DNA of 64,000 bases from Isurus oxyrinchus (Eukaryota). The DNA is taken from contig JANJGN010000035.1 of NCBI GenBank assembly GCA_026770705.1, forward strand, positions 6,882,001 to 6,946,000. The letters are read 5' to 3'. Positions 26,450 to 41,471 of this stretch are shown here, one piece after another (the stretch's first letter is position 1; each line of letters opens with the position of its first letter). The position numbers and the translations under genes were made by a program. The notes under the pieces are model-generated. The model worked only from the letters and a program-made list of their open reading frames with translations, did not search any database and had not been told where the DNA came from.

Positions 26450-29400
26450 ACTACAGCAACAGTTACAGAGAGAAATGTTAGAAATCTTAAACCAACTCTT
26501 ACAAAAAAAAATACCCTTACCAACACACAAAGCCCACCAACGAACTCACACCCACTCAAAATGACCAGCAAACACAGAAAACAACTGTCAGGCCCTTTGC
26601 ACCCAAGATACGCTAGTGTATAGGACACAAACCCCAGCGCGATAAGCGTCACCCAAAAACCTAGGAACGCCCTAAGACACGCAAGTGTCTCCTCCCTCCC
26701 AACGAACACTCCAAAAGCCCTGCATTTTCTGACTATAACCGAAAAACGCACATGACACCCTCACAAGCACTTGGTAACCTCCGTGAGGGTCATGAACGAG
26801 AACACCACTTTAACTGCAGCCTCCGCCACTTCAACAAACATGCAAAATTCGAATGAACCGAATACTGTCCCCTAACGAAACACCTCCAATTAAACAGCGT
26901 GATTGCAAACCCATTACAATGAACCTCCCTTCCGACCACATCACCAGAATAAAAAAATCACGACGACAGACCCAGGAGTAAATCGCAACCCCGACTACAC
27001 CCCAGTTTGTACAGCTCCACCGCCATCTACAACAATCTCCAACACACTAGAACACATCTACACCACCATGACTACAACCACCCAGACAGGACCCAACTCT
27101 TGACTGCACCCCAACATACAGGACATCCCAGCACGGACTAGACCAGCCATGAATACAACATCAAATTCACACACCAAACTTGGAGAACAGGGCTCTGCAC
27201 CCAGTTGTCTGCACTTCCGGACAACATTCCACTTTACAGCATCTCATCCACATCTACAAGCTCCGAGTTCAAACGCTACAGACGACTGCAACCCATCAGC
27301 TGGAACCCTGGATGGCAACACCCCGACTGCACCCCTGGAACATTGCCAGCACCCACGATTGCACCCGCTCCAATAACAACCCACTGCACACTGCAATGCC
27401 AGAGCACACCTCCCCAATGCATCACATTGTTTTTTTTCCCCCCGCATATACCTCAGTACCGATTGCAAAACCCCCGACTACAACAGATTGCGGCAAGACA
27501 CCTACCCGGATTGCACCTCCCCGGCTTCACCAGCATGACAGGACACAACTGAATTTGTAGCACTAAATATACTCCCTGACAGTATCTACCCCGATTACAC
27601 CGCCTCACAGCAGCCCTCAAATACAGCTTAATAACATCAAACACACGCAGTAACACCCTACCATCTGCACCCTCACAACTACACTTCCCGAATACAAATG
27701 TACAACTACACAACCACGATTCCAACACCCTAGCAACAAGACCCTGACAACGATAGCTTCACCGGCCAGGCTACGCTCCCATGAGTGCACCATGGTTTAC
27801 CCACCTTATGTAGCTCCTGACTACATCCATGGTAAACTCACCACCTCATAACTTCGCATTTTGACTTGAGGCCCCGACTTTACCCACTCGAAACTATCCA
27901 CCCATACTAGAACCGCATATCCCGACCCGAGAATAGAGGCAGCTGACTGCATCCAAACCCGATTGCACATGCTCTGAATCCTCCCTACCGACTACATTTC
28001 TCCAACGTCAGCACACACAACTGCACTCCCATTAATGCAGCACCCAATTACACACACACACCAATCTGCATCGGCGCCCTTTCGAGTTAGCAGGGCCCAG
28101 ATAGAAGCTTCCCTTCACATGGCCTCCCCCCGACTTCATCACAGCACACTACCTTCAGCTGCAAACCCCCAACTTTCACCCAACCCCGACTGCACACCAT
28201 ACACCAGACTACATGCCTCCAATTCGTAAGTTCAAACGTGCTGATTGCACCGTCTCCGACAACGGCCCACCAGACTACTTATCCACAGAGTACACTGCAC
28301 CGATTACGTCCCCCTTCAAACAATCCAACCCAATATCAGCCACCCCAACTAAATCCAATCAAATACACACAACCCATGACTGCACCAACTGACTGCTCAT
28401 GCGTGACTGCACCCAGCCAACTGAAACAGTTTGACTGCACCCCGCTCTGCAAGCACCCCGAATACACGCTGCAGTCTACACTGTCCCACAGATACCCACA
28501 CCAGAATCTCCGCAACTACCTGCCAACGCCACACACGCATAATGCCTGCCCCTCCCTTAGACACTACACACCATCAATTTGAAAAAGCTCCAGCCCATGG
28601 CTCCACCTGCCCCGCTCGCAAAACACTGACTACACAGGTCCGACTTAGTTGCACCCCACATCCACCTGCTGAAAGCCACCAACTCCCCTCACCAGCCAAC
28701 TACACATCATTGAATACAACTCCCGGATACATAAGCCACCCACAAAAACACCAGCTGTCTGCACCTCGCTTTCTGAACCAGTTCCCGAATGCACACTCAC
28801 CACTAAGGCCCCCTGGTTACTCGATATCCACACCAGCACCAATTGCTGACTACATCACAACAAATGCGCCGAGGCTAAGTAAACCTGTAAGGTGCACCCC
28901 GAGCAGAACGCACACTGACTGACAACATCCCCTCTAAGTACATTTGCCCAACGACACCAGACTGAGTACACAGGCAAGTCCATCCCCACAGCCAGAGCAA
29001 ATGAACCCACCCGAGTGCAGAGTTCACTGCACCCCACTATTAAACCGCATTCATGAGAAAACACCCTCGGATTAATACACAAAAGGGACAACATACCCAA
29101 ATTTCACATTCATTGGCTACACATGCCTGGCGCCTACATGAGACAACACTCCCGAATACAGCCCTCTGAATATACCCTCGCAACATCACACCATGCCTAT
29201 GAACCCCGCCCATGACTAAACAAAGACAATACAACTCACCTCCGAATAAACAACGCCTCTCATGCACCCACTGAATACAGCCTGTGACTTCATTTCATCA
29301 CTACACCCCGAAATACACAGAGCGCGCAGATCAACACTCTGCTCAAATATGCTCGTCGGTCTGCACACACTGAAAGACTGCCCCGGCTGCCACACGCCCA

Positions 29401-32400
29401 CTAATCCTTGCCTGCAACTAAACACCCCGAGTACATATCAGACAGAGAGATCACACACCTGTCTACACACAATCCTTCTATAATCCACCTAGAGCAACTC
29501 GCGGCAGAACCACTTGCGACCGCAGCCGACCTTGACTGCACCCCATGGACTTTGAACCTCCAAATACATTCGCTCCAATCAGCTACAACCAGATACATGA
29601 CCAGCAATTTAACAAACCCGACTGCACCCCATCTGAAGACACTGTTCCCAGATCATACCTTATTATACCTTGTGACGCTGCTCACCCGGCTATGCATCCC
29701 CCAGCCCCTGACTACACAACATGGAAGAGCAATCTGGTCTCTAACCCCGACTAGAGCCCCCTTACGTCTCTCCCTGTCTGCACTCTCAGCAACAGTCAGC
29801 TGCCTGACTGCAACCAATTACAATACATTTCCCTGGCTGCACAAGACTGACTGCACCACACAAAGGCCCATTTGCCAATTGCCAGCCCAGCTAGGCTGAC
29901 GCAGCTGCTCATGCCTACTGCATAAACGATGATATGCCACCAGCAAAAGCACCTCTTCACGAATTTACCACAGAAACTGCATGATCAGGTTACATACCAT
30001 TGAGGCACTCCCATAGACTACATAGCACAGATTACAACACACTTGACAAAACAGACCCGGCTTCACACCCTGATTGCAACCCCTCCCTGAGTGAATCCCT
30101 CTGATTGTGCTCTTCAGGCTACACACACGCAAACTGCAACCCTTGCGACGGCACTATCCTCTAACTACACACCGAACAACTCTTGCCTTGCTAGAAGCCC
30201 TAATACATCCAAACGGATTTCATCACCGATTACACCTCTAACGAAACTCCACAATCGAGCAGACCCCCTGGCCAACATGGAAAATCCGATTGCAACGCCA
30301 ACCCATACTACACCAACACACAATTAAACATTCCCCCAAACAAACCCCCTCCATCTACAACCCGCAAAGGTTACATAGACAATTAAAACAATCTTGCCCT
30401 CTAGAAAAACAGTTGGAACAACATCCAACTGGACTCTTTGCTAAATGCAGATGCGCAGGAAACATGGAGCTCCCCGAATCCAGGCCCCTCGGCTACACCT
30501 CCATAATACACCCACCCCCTCTACACCCTACATTTGACACCCATTTCAACACATCATTCGCTGCCCCTCGCCACTCTAACCCTCAAAATTGCACTTCCCA
30601 ACTACATCCCTAGGCTAAAGACTGCACCATCTACATTCCTTCTACAACCACCCCCACCTAAGCGCTCTCGACTTCCCCCAGATACAAATGCCTGTCTGCC
30701 TCCACTCCAACTACTCAGCCCTGACCACAACTCTATGATTCCTCCCGACCCCTGGCTTGGCCCCATGACTACGCCCCATCAGCACGGCCCTGCTGCTTTC
30801 ACCCCAAACTACCCCACCCCATCCACACCACCCGCTTATAAACCTCGGAATGCACCACCTAATTAATCCTTGACAAGACGCCAAACTCCCACACTGATTG
30901 CACTAAACAACTGCCGACTACACCTGCTCAAGTGCGGCTCAGACCCGCACCCCCCACCCCCCACCCACTGACCTGCTTGAAAACACTGATTGCTGTTCCA
31001 TTAAAAACTCTAGCGCATGGGACTCCCGACTAAAGCTTGCTGACTAACCTTCCCCATTTGACAATTCCCCAAAACACAAACCATCCCCTTCGTTCACCCC
31101 CTAAAGCTACTTGGAAGTCACTACTATTGTCGCTGCCCACATACACTCGAGTGAAGCTCACGCCCAACTAAACTCAGCCCAACAACAGCCAACATCTGAC
31201 TACAGCCACTGACTACACCCCTTGCAGAACTACACACTCTGAACTGCATGCTCCCACTACGGCAAACAACCCGGCTACAACTGCCCAACTACAACCCCCA
31301 CTTTTGATAACATACCCATCACGACTAAACCGCCCAACTACAAAGCAAAATATACACTGCAACCTGCAATCCAACTGACTGAACAACCGCTCTGAACTAT
31401 ATCGATCTGAATGCATCCGCTGGAGTACACACACCACACCCCAGTCTACAACGCCACTGACTGCAGACTCAACTGCACCTACAATTAAGGAGTCCCTAAT
31501 ATGCACCAAATTATTTCCACAACACTAGCAAGTTCACTTCCCAAATGCTTAACTGACACGAGACTAGCCACACAGGTTGAATCGGCACCCCCGGTTAAAT
31601 GGCCTGACAATACTATCGACTTCAAGCCCACGAAAACCTGCCACTACTTATTAAATCCTGGCTACACTGGCCCTGAAAAAAAACCCCAACGACTCCTCCC
31701 CGACGATACCCCAGCAAGAGTTACACACCTGAAAGTCTGCATCCAACAATAGCACACTTGATTACACCCGCCCCATTTTCAAGCTCTATACACACCCCGA
31801 CTGCATTACCCTGGCTTCACCCACTGCAGTACAACCATCCTGACCACACCTCCTGATTACGCAACCGACTACAACATTGAACGCTGGCACAACAGCCAAG
31901 AATGCAACCTCTTACTAAACCCACCCAAATACACCACAACAACGTGCGCCCTGTCGGCCCCACCAGAATATTACCCCATTTACAAACACGCTTTCAAAAC
32001 CCTATATGTAGCTACCAATTGCAAACTGCCTAGTTAAACACCGTATAACTACATACGCCCACCTACATGACACAATCAACTCACAATTGACTGCCGCCCG
32101 CTGACTGCATGCCTCAGTAAAATCTCCAGAGAGCAATCGCTCCAAATGCACAAACCTGATTGCATAGCCTGATGACAAAACAACGCTGTTGCTATCCGAC
32201 CAACTAGGCCCTCCCGGACAAGAACTACCGAAGAACAATCTCCCAGCTGCACCAACAAAATACATCTCACTGAATGCTCCCCGACCTTATATCTCCGACT
32301 GAATACACTAGATTCCAAACTGCATGATTCACCACACCGTCCGCCCCCTCCCCCACCCCCAGCAAGCCCGACTAACTGCACAGCTTTTGCACCACCCCTC

Positions 32401-34680
32401 CAAAACAAACCCAGGTACACCCCAACGATGAATGTAAGTACCTGACCCAAATGTTTCCGCAACTTCATCTCCAACTGTGATTTTCTACACCTTGTCCCGA
32501 ATCCAGCAACCCCTGTCCAGACTCCCCACAGCTATCAACACCTCTGACTACACAGCCCCTAAAACACCCACCCCACTTCACGCACTGACTCCATACCTCC
32601 CCCCCAAACATGCACACTGCAACCGCACACATCTAGAAACAGGTCTCAGCCGCGTGCACACCAATAATTTCTTTCTCCCAAAAAGCCTCCACTGCAACTC
32701 AATAACCAAACTACAATCACCTCAAAAAAGCCACTGACTGCACCCACCCCAGCTACTACACTTGACTGCAGCACCCCGAGTGCACCTACTTGACCACACC
32801 CCACCTCAACTGGATCACTCTGACAACACGCACAGGACTGCAGTCAACACTGCAATACGTCAGCGAAAACACCAATGACAACATCCAATCTGCAGCTGCA
32901 CATTCTCCTTCTCCCTCAGACAAAAACCTCCCCCTACGCACCCTGTCACCCAACCAGCCACTCTATCCCATAAACCCAACTGCCTGAGCCACCAAATACA
33001 ACCCAGCTACACCACTCCCGTTAAATAAATCACCCACTGTCTCCGCCAACCAATAATCCCACAACGCCATCCACCGCCGGGTACATCCCGCTGAGCATAC
33101 CACAGACAACATCTCCTGGAAGTGCTCCACCTCAAATGCAACGAATCGTGACTACACCTCCCTCCATCAACATAACTTAACTACACCTCCGAATCTGCCA
33201 CCTTTACCACAACCCCCGATTATAACCTGTCGAAGTCTAGACAACCCCGGATTGAGCACCTCGTCTGAAATCACACCACCAACAACACCCCCCAAACTAC
33301 AGAACTGATTTCAGCCTCCCAGTACTACAGCCTCCAACAACATGTCTCCTGACTTCAGTCCCAGAATACATCCCACCCAAATTACGCTTTCGAATCCACC
33401 TACCCAACTTCACCACCTTGTTCACTACCCACCCTGAAGTCAATCTCAATGGCTCCTCCAAATACAGGAAGTCTGACTATTTCTGACATCACCCTATGAT
33501 CCCAATGGCTGAGCCATTCCCCTTCTGCACGCAACCAAAAAACAGCATACCTCACTGGACCTACTCAAATACACCACACGAACTGCAGCCCTGGTCTACA
33601 TCACAACCGAATCCCCATTCACATTCCCCACGCCAAACTGCACCCCTAATTACATCCCTCAGTGTACACTTCATCCAATAGCACACAGCCCGATTGCAGC
33701 CCCTTTTATTGCATACATCCGCCTATATCAAAGAACCTTATGCACCCCTGAGTACACTTTTCTATGGTTTTTGCGATCATAGAACATGCGCCTCACACTG
33801 GACTGAAATCGAACACATCCTCCCCATGCAAACACCCGAATAGTTATCCAAATATTCGCTCTCACTACACCCCAGATTGTATCCTCTACTACAACCCAAC
33901 AAATGCACCCCTAAATGCGCTTTGCCACTTCACCCACTTGACGACGTCAACTGGCTTCACCTCATACTCAGTACATGTGCATGTCCACTGCTTGCACTAC
34001 TCCTGTCTACAAATCATCTGCACACCAAACCCAACCACAACCCTCTGACACACGTGGGGCACTTGACTACACCGCAAAACACGAGGACAGAACTGACTTC
34101 AACAACCCTGCCTACAGCAGCCCCTCACAAGGACCACTCCCTGTAACTTCATCCCCACAGAATAAATGCGAATGACTGCACCTTACGACTACACCCACCA
34201 TGCATTACACCCTCATCGCCATTGCAGCTCCCAGATAAATTCATGTGTGGATGTTTGCAATAAGAGGGGCTGGAATCGGAATTGTGCTGTTGGACGAGTT
34301 GTAACCTGAGGGTTGTAATTAGGGGTGCAGTTTGGGGTGGGTGTTGTGAGTGTGGATTCGGTCGTGATGTATACTGGGGCTGCAGGTCTTGTGGTGTATT
34401 CGAATAGGTGTAGTAAGGTCTGGTGTTAAATTCATGTGTGGGCTACGAAAAAAAAAAACAGGGCCCACCACCCTGACTCCACTAGCTACTGCTCCTCGAC
34501 CTTACTGTAACTTTTCTACTAAAATAAACCTCTGCAACATAGTAATTACTGAAGCACTCTGACCGTACCCTCATTATAGCAGCCACTTCTTATCACGAGT
34601 CCACAACTATCCTACAATGCCCAATGACACCGTGCCAATGCACCTAACACCCAACTACAACTCTCATATAGGTACCAAAC
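26450..34680 (+). repeat. Long C/A-rich degenerate satellite (ccgactacacc / ctgactgcacc motif), left part
   Basis: Many variants of (c)cgact(a/g)cacc and strong G depletion on the plus strand. Only short Pro/Thr/His-rich ORFs in all frames. Confidence 0.85.
34236..34441 (-). repeat. Inverted copy of ~33541-33730 bounded by a perfect 15-bp direct repeat
   Basis: The reverse complement aligns colinearly to 33541-33730 (e.g. ccaaactgcacccctaattaca). taaattcatgtgtgg occurs at 34236-34250 and 34427-34441. Confidence 0.85.
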
Positions 34681-37600
34681 CATAGAAATCATCCGGTTGC
34701 AGAAAGAGGCCATTCAGCCCACCCTGTCTAGACCAATCAAAAAATAGATAAACAAAAACTCTTCATTTTTTAAAATCGCACTTTCCAGAACTGGTCCGTA
34801 GCCTTAGATTTTACCACTCTCCAGACACCTTCTTAAATGAGTCAAGAGCTTCAACCTCATTTACCAGGTTAGACAACGAATTCCAGACGGTCATCACCCT
34901 CTGTGTGAAAAAAAGAAACACACATGACCCCACTGTTCATTCTACCTTTTACCCTGAAAATTATAACACCTGTTAATTGATCCAAACACAAGTATTTCTG
35001 GGTCCATCATAATTTTCTACACCTCAAATAGGTCACCTCTGAGCCTCCTCTGTTCTATGGGGAGAAAAATGGCATAGGCAATCCAATCTCTCCACATAAC
35101 AGCAATTTTCACTCCCCAGCAATATTCTTTAAAATCTCATTTATACTCTCTCCAGACCAAGTATGTCCCTCCTGTAATGTGGTGACTATAGCAGTACATA
35201 AGATTCCCTTTGTGGCCTTACCAATATTTTATAAAGTTCTATCAGTACATGCCAGCTTTTGTAGTTAATGCCTTACCCAATAAAGGGAAGCATTGTTTAT
35301 AATATCGTGACCACAATGTCCACATATCCGGCCATTGTCAAGGACCTGTTGAGATGTGGTCTAAGTTCTCTCCCTTATTCAAACCCATTCATTAACTTTG
35401 GATTAAATGAGAATTCTGTTGCTTTGTTTCCCTCCACAAATGTATTTCCTCACACTTTTCTGGGTTGAATTCTATTTGCCAGTGCTCTGCACCCTCAATA
35501 AATCATTGATGTCATTCTGAAATCTACAGCCATCCTCTTCACTGTAAACTATAGGACTATATTCGCGTGAGCTCGGCAAATTTTAGGATCATGCCTCCCA
35601 AGTTTAATTCTAAATCATTATTCTATAAAAAAGCAGCAAAAGCACCATCACAGCCTGTGGAACACCAGTGGAAACAGTTTTCCATTCGCAATATCAGCCA
35701 TTGGCCATTACCTTGCCATGTCACTGAAATAATTTTTGATCCAACCTGGCGCCTTCCACTGTACCGCATTAGACCTCACTTTCATGACCAGTCTGTCATG
35801 TGCAACGTTGTCAACTGCCTTAGTTAAATCCATGTGGAGAACAACAACTGCAGTATTCCCATCGCCCCTGCTTGTTACTTCCTCAAAAACGACATTAAGC
35901 TAGCAGCCACTAGTTTCCCTTAACAAAACAATGACAATCCGTGACTTTCTTAGTGGCCTTATATCCTGTCTCCCAGAACTGATTACAATAATCCTTCCAT
36001 CATCGAAGTCAGAGTGACTGGTCTATAATTAAACGAGTCATCCCTCTCGCCCTTTTTTAGAGATGGTACCACGTTTGCAGACGTCCCAATCCTCTGGGTC
36101 CTTACCAATATCTAGTAAGCATTGAAAAATTATCCAAATATCCCCGCTAATTACATTCAACTTCCAGAATCAGCCTGGGATACACTCTAGATGACCCTGG
36201 TGATTAATAAACTTTCAGGAATGACAGTCAATCCAATAAATTGCCTCTCTGCAACTTATTGTACCTAATGCTTCTCATTCATTCTCTTTAACTAACATGT
36301 CTGTTTCATTCCTCTCCTTACTGAAGACAAAGATAGGGTACACATTGAGAGCACTGTCCATATCTCTTGCATTAATAAACCAGATAGGATGCACATCCCT
36401 GATAGGCCTCGATATTTCCTTAGTTACTCTCTTGCACTTCATACACTGACAAAACATAGTGGGACTGTTTTTGATTTTACCTGCTAGTATTTTTTTTTCA
36501 ATATCAACTCTTTGATTTCCTAATTTCATTTTTTACTTCACCAATGTACACTCTTTACTCCTCTAGAATTTCTAAAGTATTAATTATTTTGTGATCGTCT
36601 TCAGCTTTATTTTTCTATTTATAGTGTCCTCTACGCTTCTGCACACCTCTCAGATTAGTAACATTTGTCTTACCCTACTTTAAAGCTTTTCCTGTTGTAC
36701 CATTATTGTCTTTTCCCACTATGTGCTAAATATAACGGTATTATGGTCACTAAACCAAGCTACGAGCTGATCCATTTGCCCAGCTTCAATTTATAAGACT
36801 GTGTGGGTGTGGCAGATGATGTGGGCCAGGCGGACCAAGTCCACATTGGAAGCTTGGTCAAGCTACCACATCTGTTGTGAAACTTCTGTTTAGTACGAGA
36901 AGATGTGTGCAGTGGTTTCAGAAAGCATACTGAGACCTTTAGAGGTTCTAAGAAATAAATTAACCATTGTATTAACAAAAAAAAAAAAGATTTCAAGAAC
37001 TTGCACACGACGACAATTGCATAAAACGGTAACAAGCCCTAAAATTCGTAATTAACAAAACTGCTAATTACAAAATACCCCTTGAATGCAGCAATCCAAC
37101 ATTGATTTTGAATTTAAAAAAGCACAATCCAGCTAGTAACCCCAGTACCCAAATGAAAGTGGATTTCCAAAAGCCTGCCTGGGCAGAGCAGAATTATTCA
37201 TAAAGGACTGGAGGCTTCGGGAAGGCGGTTTCACAGATTGCTGTTAGATATTAGGTGCCCCAATCCCCGAAATATTTCATTGCCCTATACGTATTCTTCG
37301 ATCGACTGACTCTATAAATTCCATTCTTCCATATGTCTTTGGAAATGCACCTTTCACATAATTCAAAAAAAACTTTCTTTTTCCAAATATTGGCAGTAAC
37401 CTTTGGTGAAAAAGGTTAATAGATACAATTCTTGGCATTGCTGTCTGTCAGGTATTAAGCATATTAACATCACTTGGAAATCCCACCAACCCTTCCCCTT
37501 ATCTAAAAATGCAAAACACCTTTCATGCTAACAACGCATTCATCTGAAGTAAATCTCTACACCTAACTAATTTTGATAGTTTGAAGCTAGTTGTCTACTT

Positions 37601-38720
37601 TACTTGAAGGTAATTAAAAAATACGGACTGAACACCGAGAAACCTACCGTACAATAAAGCAGAATAGGATTATGAAAATTATTATAGTTAATTAACAAGA
37701 ATAAATATAGAATTGAGCTCTCACCGGTTGGGCTTGTTACGTGCTTGAAAAAAAAAAGTTCATTTGAGTGTATTTCAAGAATGTTGTGCCATCTGTTCAA
37801 TTCACACTGTTCGGATCCCAATTGATATTTTGGTATGTTTAATCCCCAGCTCTTAATGCCCCATTGTTTATGTGCTCAGGAATCTTTCTATGTATTTGCT
37901 CTTGTAGCTCTGTTTCGCTGTTTCGGGGTGCATAGTGCACTCCGATCAGCGTGGCTGCCATTTTTTCTTTGAATTTTTGTTTTCAAACCATATAGCCACA
38001 TTTGAAGCTTGCTATTGTATGTAATCCCTCGACATACTTTATTCTTTTTTCTTTAAACTTCATTCTTTAAACGATAACGATCAACCCACCTTTTTCATCG
38101 CCTCCCTGTCCTGCTTGAAAATTCAATGCCCATGGATGTAGTGCTGCCATTTCTGCCTCCCCTTAATCAATATGTCCATTATAGTGACGAAAGCCTGCTG
38201 CCAAGGGTTTACCTGCGCCCTCAGCTCCACGGCTTTATTCATAAAGTTCTTTGTTTTTATATCTACAACTTTTAACACTGCCAGGTTCCTTTGCTATGCA
38301 ATTTTTTTCCCTTGTTGCATCTGTCTTGCAGAAGCAACAACTAAGTGTCTATCTCACGTTCCTGGCTCTGAAATTTTTCTGAGGTTCAAGCAAATTTAAC
38401 CTCATCACCCTGGGATAATGTTCATCACAGTCCTACTCAGGTGCCCATCGTGCGGATTATACAGGTCCCATATTCCCCAGAAGCAGCCCCAGTGGTTCAG
38501 AAATATTATGCCCTCTCACCGACACAACATTCCGTCCACGTGCTGAATTGCTTTATTCTCCTATTTCTCTACTTGCTTGCACATAAGAATAACAGTAATC
38601 TTGAAATTACTCATTTATAGGTCTTGTTTTTAAATTTCCTTTCTAGCAACCCAAAGGCTGCTTTCAGAACCATATCTATTTCTTAACTAAGTAATTGGGA
38701 CAAGCATGGACCAAGACCTC
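34681..38720 (-). mobile_element. Long CR1 LINE (ORF2 plus an ORF1 esterase remnant) splitting the satellite
   Basis: 3' end catagaaatc...gaaagaggccattcagccca at 34681. RT and EN remnants (ORF 36275..36529 KILAGKIKNSPTMF...KRVTKE..RPIRD). Esterase-like FLNHWGCFWG.WDLY..DGHL near 38430-38505. Confidence 0.85.
36790..37533. mobile_element. Non-CR1 insertion inside the CR1, possibly a solo LTR
   Basis: CR1 colinearity is lost over ~750 bp, and the block ends in ...catgctaaca. The family could not be identified. Confidence 0.25.
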
Positions 38721-39299
38721 TGGTACATCATTCCCTCTTTCCCCCTCCCCCCCCAAAAAAAAAAAAATCCTTCAGATGCTCCATGACATCATTGCCCCTG
38801 GCAGCAGTGAGGTAACGTTCCGTCCTGGACTCACATTAAATGAGCTGGAAACGGCTGTCTCTTCCCCTAACTCAGCAAAGCCCATTTACTGCTGCTACTC
38901 CCCTCTGATCTCCATGCATGTAGAGCATGCCATGTGGCTTTGTAGGACAATGGTAGCGTTAACCACATCCCACATATTAAATGGCACTCATTCCTCTCGA
39001 CCGACCTGTCCTCCAGTGGTTTCAATTCACTTCCATTGTTAAAGCATTTTTTTTTAAATGCAAAATAATTTTGCCAGGCCTTGGCATAACTTTATTTTTC
39101 CCTATTGCATGTGTTCATTGGTTAAATATAAGTAGCCCCTTACTTATTAAAAAAAATAATGTTTTTCTAATCCTGAGTTACTTGATGACTCCCCATAACA
39201 GAAGTTTGTCACCAACAAATGAATTGATATTTATCCTGAGATATTTTTTGTTGGTAGGTAATGCAGTGTCCTGCTCTCGAAATCTCCTCTCCTCACCTC

Positions 39300-40330
39300 T
39301 CCCGCAATGACAAGCCCCAACCGCCACATATAATCCCTTGAATGCATGCACACAACTACACTTATCTCAATGCACTCCCCACGTATACATGCCTCATGAC
39401 TAACCCAACCCATCTAAGCTCCCCGACTAAACTGACTTGGCTCCACCCCACAACTAAACCTCCCAATTACACGTGCGCTGAATGCATGCTCCAGCAACAT
39501 AATCACCCTGACTACACACCCAAGGCTTGACCATATTTTCTGACTCCCTCCAACCCTACGACTACATCCCAACAACGGACAAAAACCACTTCACAAGATT
39601 GGCTGGGGCGATTACAGACTCTACAAAGGCACCAGAGTCCCTCGCCCCGTCTGCAACAATTACAGATTTGCACTTCCTAACATGTCTCTACTAAACCAAC
39701 GACTAACTCCGCCACCCATGCCCTCAACCACTGCAGACCCTCTGGCCGCATGGGTCCCTTAGCTACACCTCCCGTTCCAGCAGACCTGCCGACACCACTC
39801 CCGACCAGTCCAGCCGCCGAATGCAGCTCCGCGACTTTATTCTCATGGTCGATGACAACTGAACCCCTGACCACCACTCCCACTCAGAAATTCACACTAC
39901 ACCGAACTGCAACAGGTCCCCTGCCCCAACAACACTAACTGGATTTCACCCAGCACCCCTCTCCGCAGCTACAACAACTGACTGCACCAAGCAGCTGCAC
40001 CCCTCCTCCGCCGCAATCCTCCGACTACAGCCCACTCCGAATTCACCCCAGGTCATGCAATGCACACTCTGCCCAACCAATCCCACCAGTGAACGCCTGA
40101 CCTCCCTTGCGATCACTGAGCTACACAAAATGATCATCTGCCACTCCACTACGCTCCCTCCTGGACTACCTGCCTACCCAACTCTCGACAGTGTACAGTA
40201 CCAGCCTACCCAGAGCACTATAGCACGCGGCCTTTGCACACAATCCTCCAGCCCCACCCGTGTCCACCCTACCTCCCCCTCGCCATACATGCCCACTTAC
40301 CTTGTAAAATTACCTGTTCCCCGATATCTC
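39300..40330 (+). repeat. C/A-rich degenerate satellite, right part
   Basis: Same ctgactacac / cgactacatc / ctgactgcacc motifs and skew as 26450-34680. Confidence 0.8.
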
Positions 40331-41471
40331 AGTGCCTGATCCATTAAATGTAGCTGCTTTACAAACCATGCTGCCATAAAATGAAGACGTGGATTTCCAC
40401 TGAGCTTCACTGTACTGTAGGCCGTGAGAATCTGTTGCGGGGCACATATCTCGCCCAGCCTTGGACAAATTGTTGAGCAAAGTCAGAGCAGTTGGACTTC
40501 AATGGTAGTAATTAAGTGCAGGGTGGCACTCTGGATGAACTTGCAGTCCACCGGAAACTACCAGCTGCTAACTGTATCTCAGAGCTGGAGACATTCATGC
40601 AGGGTCTTGGGGAGTAGCGGAATTGCCCATTATAATTTTATAATTCAGGTGTAATTCTCATGTAGTTCAGCGTTTAAAATGTCCTGACTGCTGCGCCGCA
40701 CGTCTTGTCTCCTATGAGTCGGATATCAGGAGATTGGCCCACCAACGTTTTATTTGCCTTCAGAGTTTGGAAAACAAAAGAAAAAGTATTTTGTTACTCA
40801 TGGTGTCCCAGTGAGAAAAATACTTAGTAAACAGAGGATGCATATTTAGCATAACTGACAGAAAATTCAAGGTACAATTAAGCAAAAAAGCAGTGTAGCA
40901 TCTTGTTATGATCTGGGTTGCACTTTCTAAAAGATTGTTGGATGCAGATCAAACTTATATTTTAAAACGGGATTTGCATAAACCATTGACCCGAACAAAA
41001 GTTCAGAGTCTTACGGAAAAATAAAAACATGGAAGATAGACTAATTACACAGCTCTTCTGCAAAGCTGGCAGTGACATAATGAGCAACATTAATTCATTC
41101 CAGACTTTGGGAAGGTCTGACTCTTCAAAACGGAATGTTTTGGTTTCAGTTATCTTAGATATGCAATTTAACTGGGATATTATTCATTTAGTATATAATA
41201 TGTAATCAATCACAAAAGTGATCTGGAGTTCATATGTCGTTAACAGTGCACTAGGTTGAAATAAATGTTGGCAAAATTAATCTTAAAATAACTAAATGAT
41301 CAGTACAGAACTATGTGTTAATCCACCAATGGAGACTCCATTACGGTCCATCAAGATTGCAGTTAGCTAAATAGACAGAAGATTGACGTAACATTGACAT
41401 TAATGTATGTATTTTTTTCGTCATTAGGATCATTGCATGATGATTGTTGGAAAGCCCTTTTGGAAAATTAC

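Noticed and set aside
26352-34175. Many Pro/Thr/His-rich ORFs suggesting a mucin or viral protein
   Set aside because: They are short, overlap in all frames and lack splice structure, as expected from C/A-skewed low-complexity DNA.
26450-40330. Immunoglobulin switch-like region
   Set aside because: No Ig exons or recombination signal sequences are seen, and there is no dense AGCT/GAGCT tandem array; only the skew is similar.
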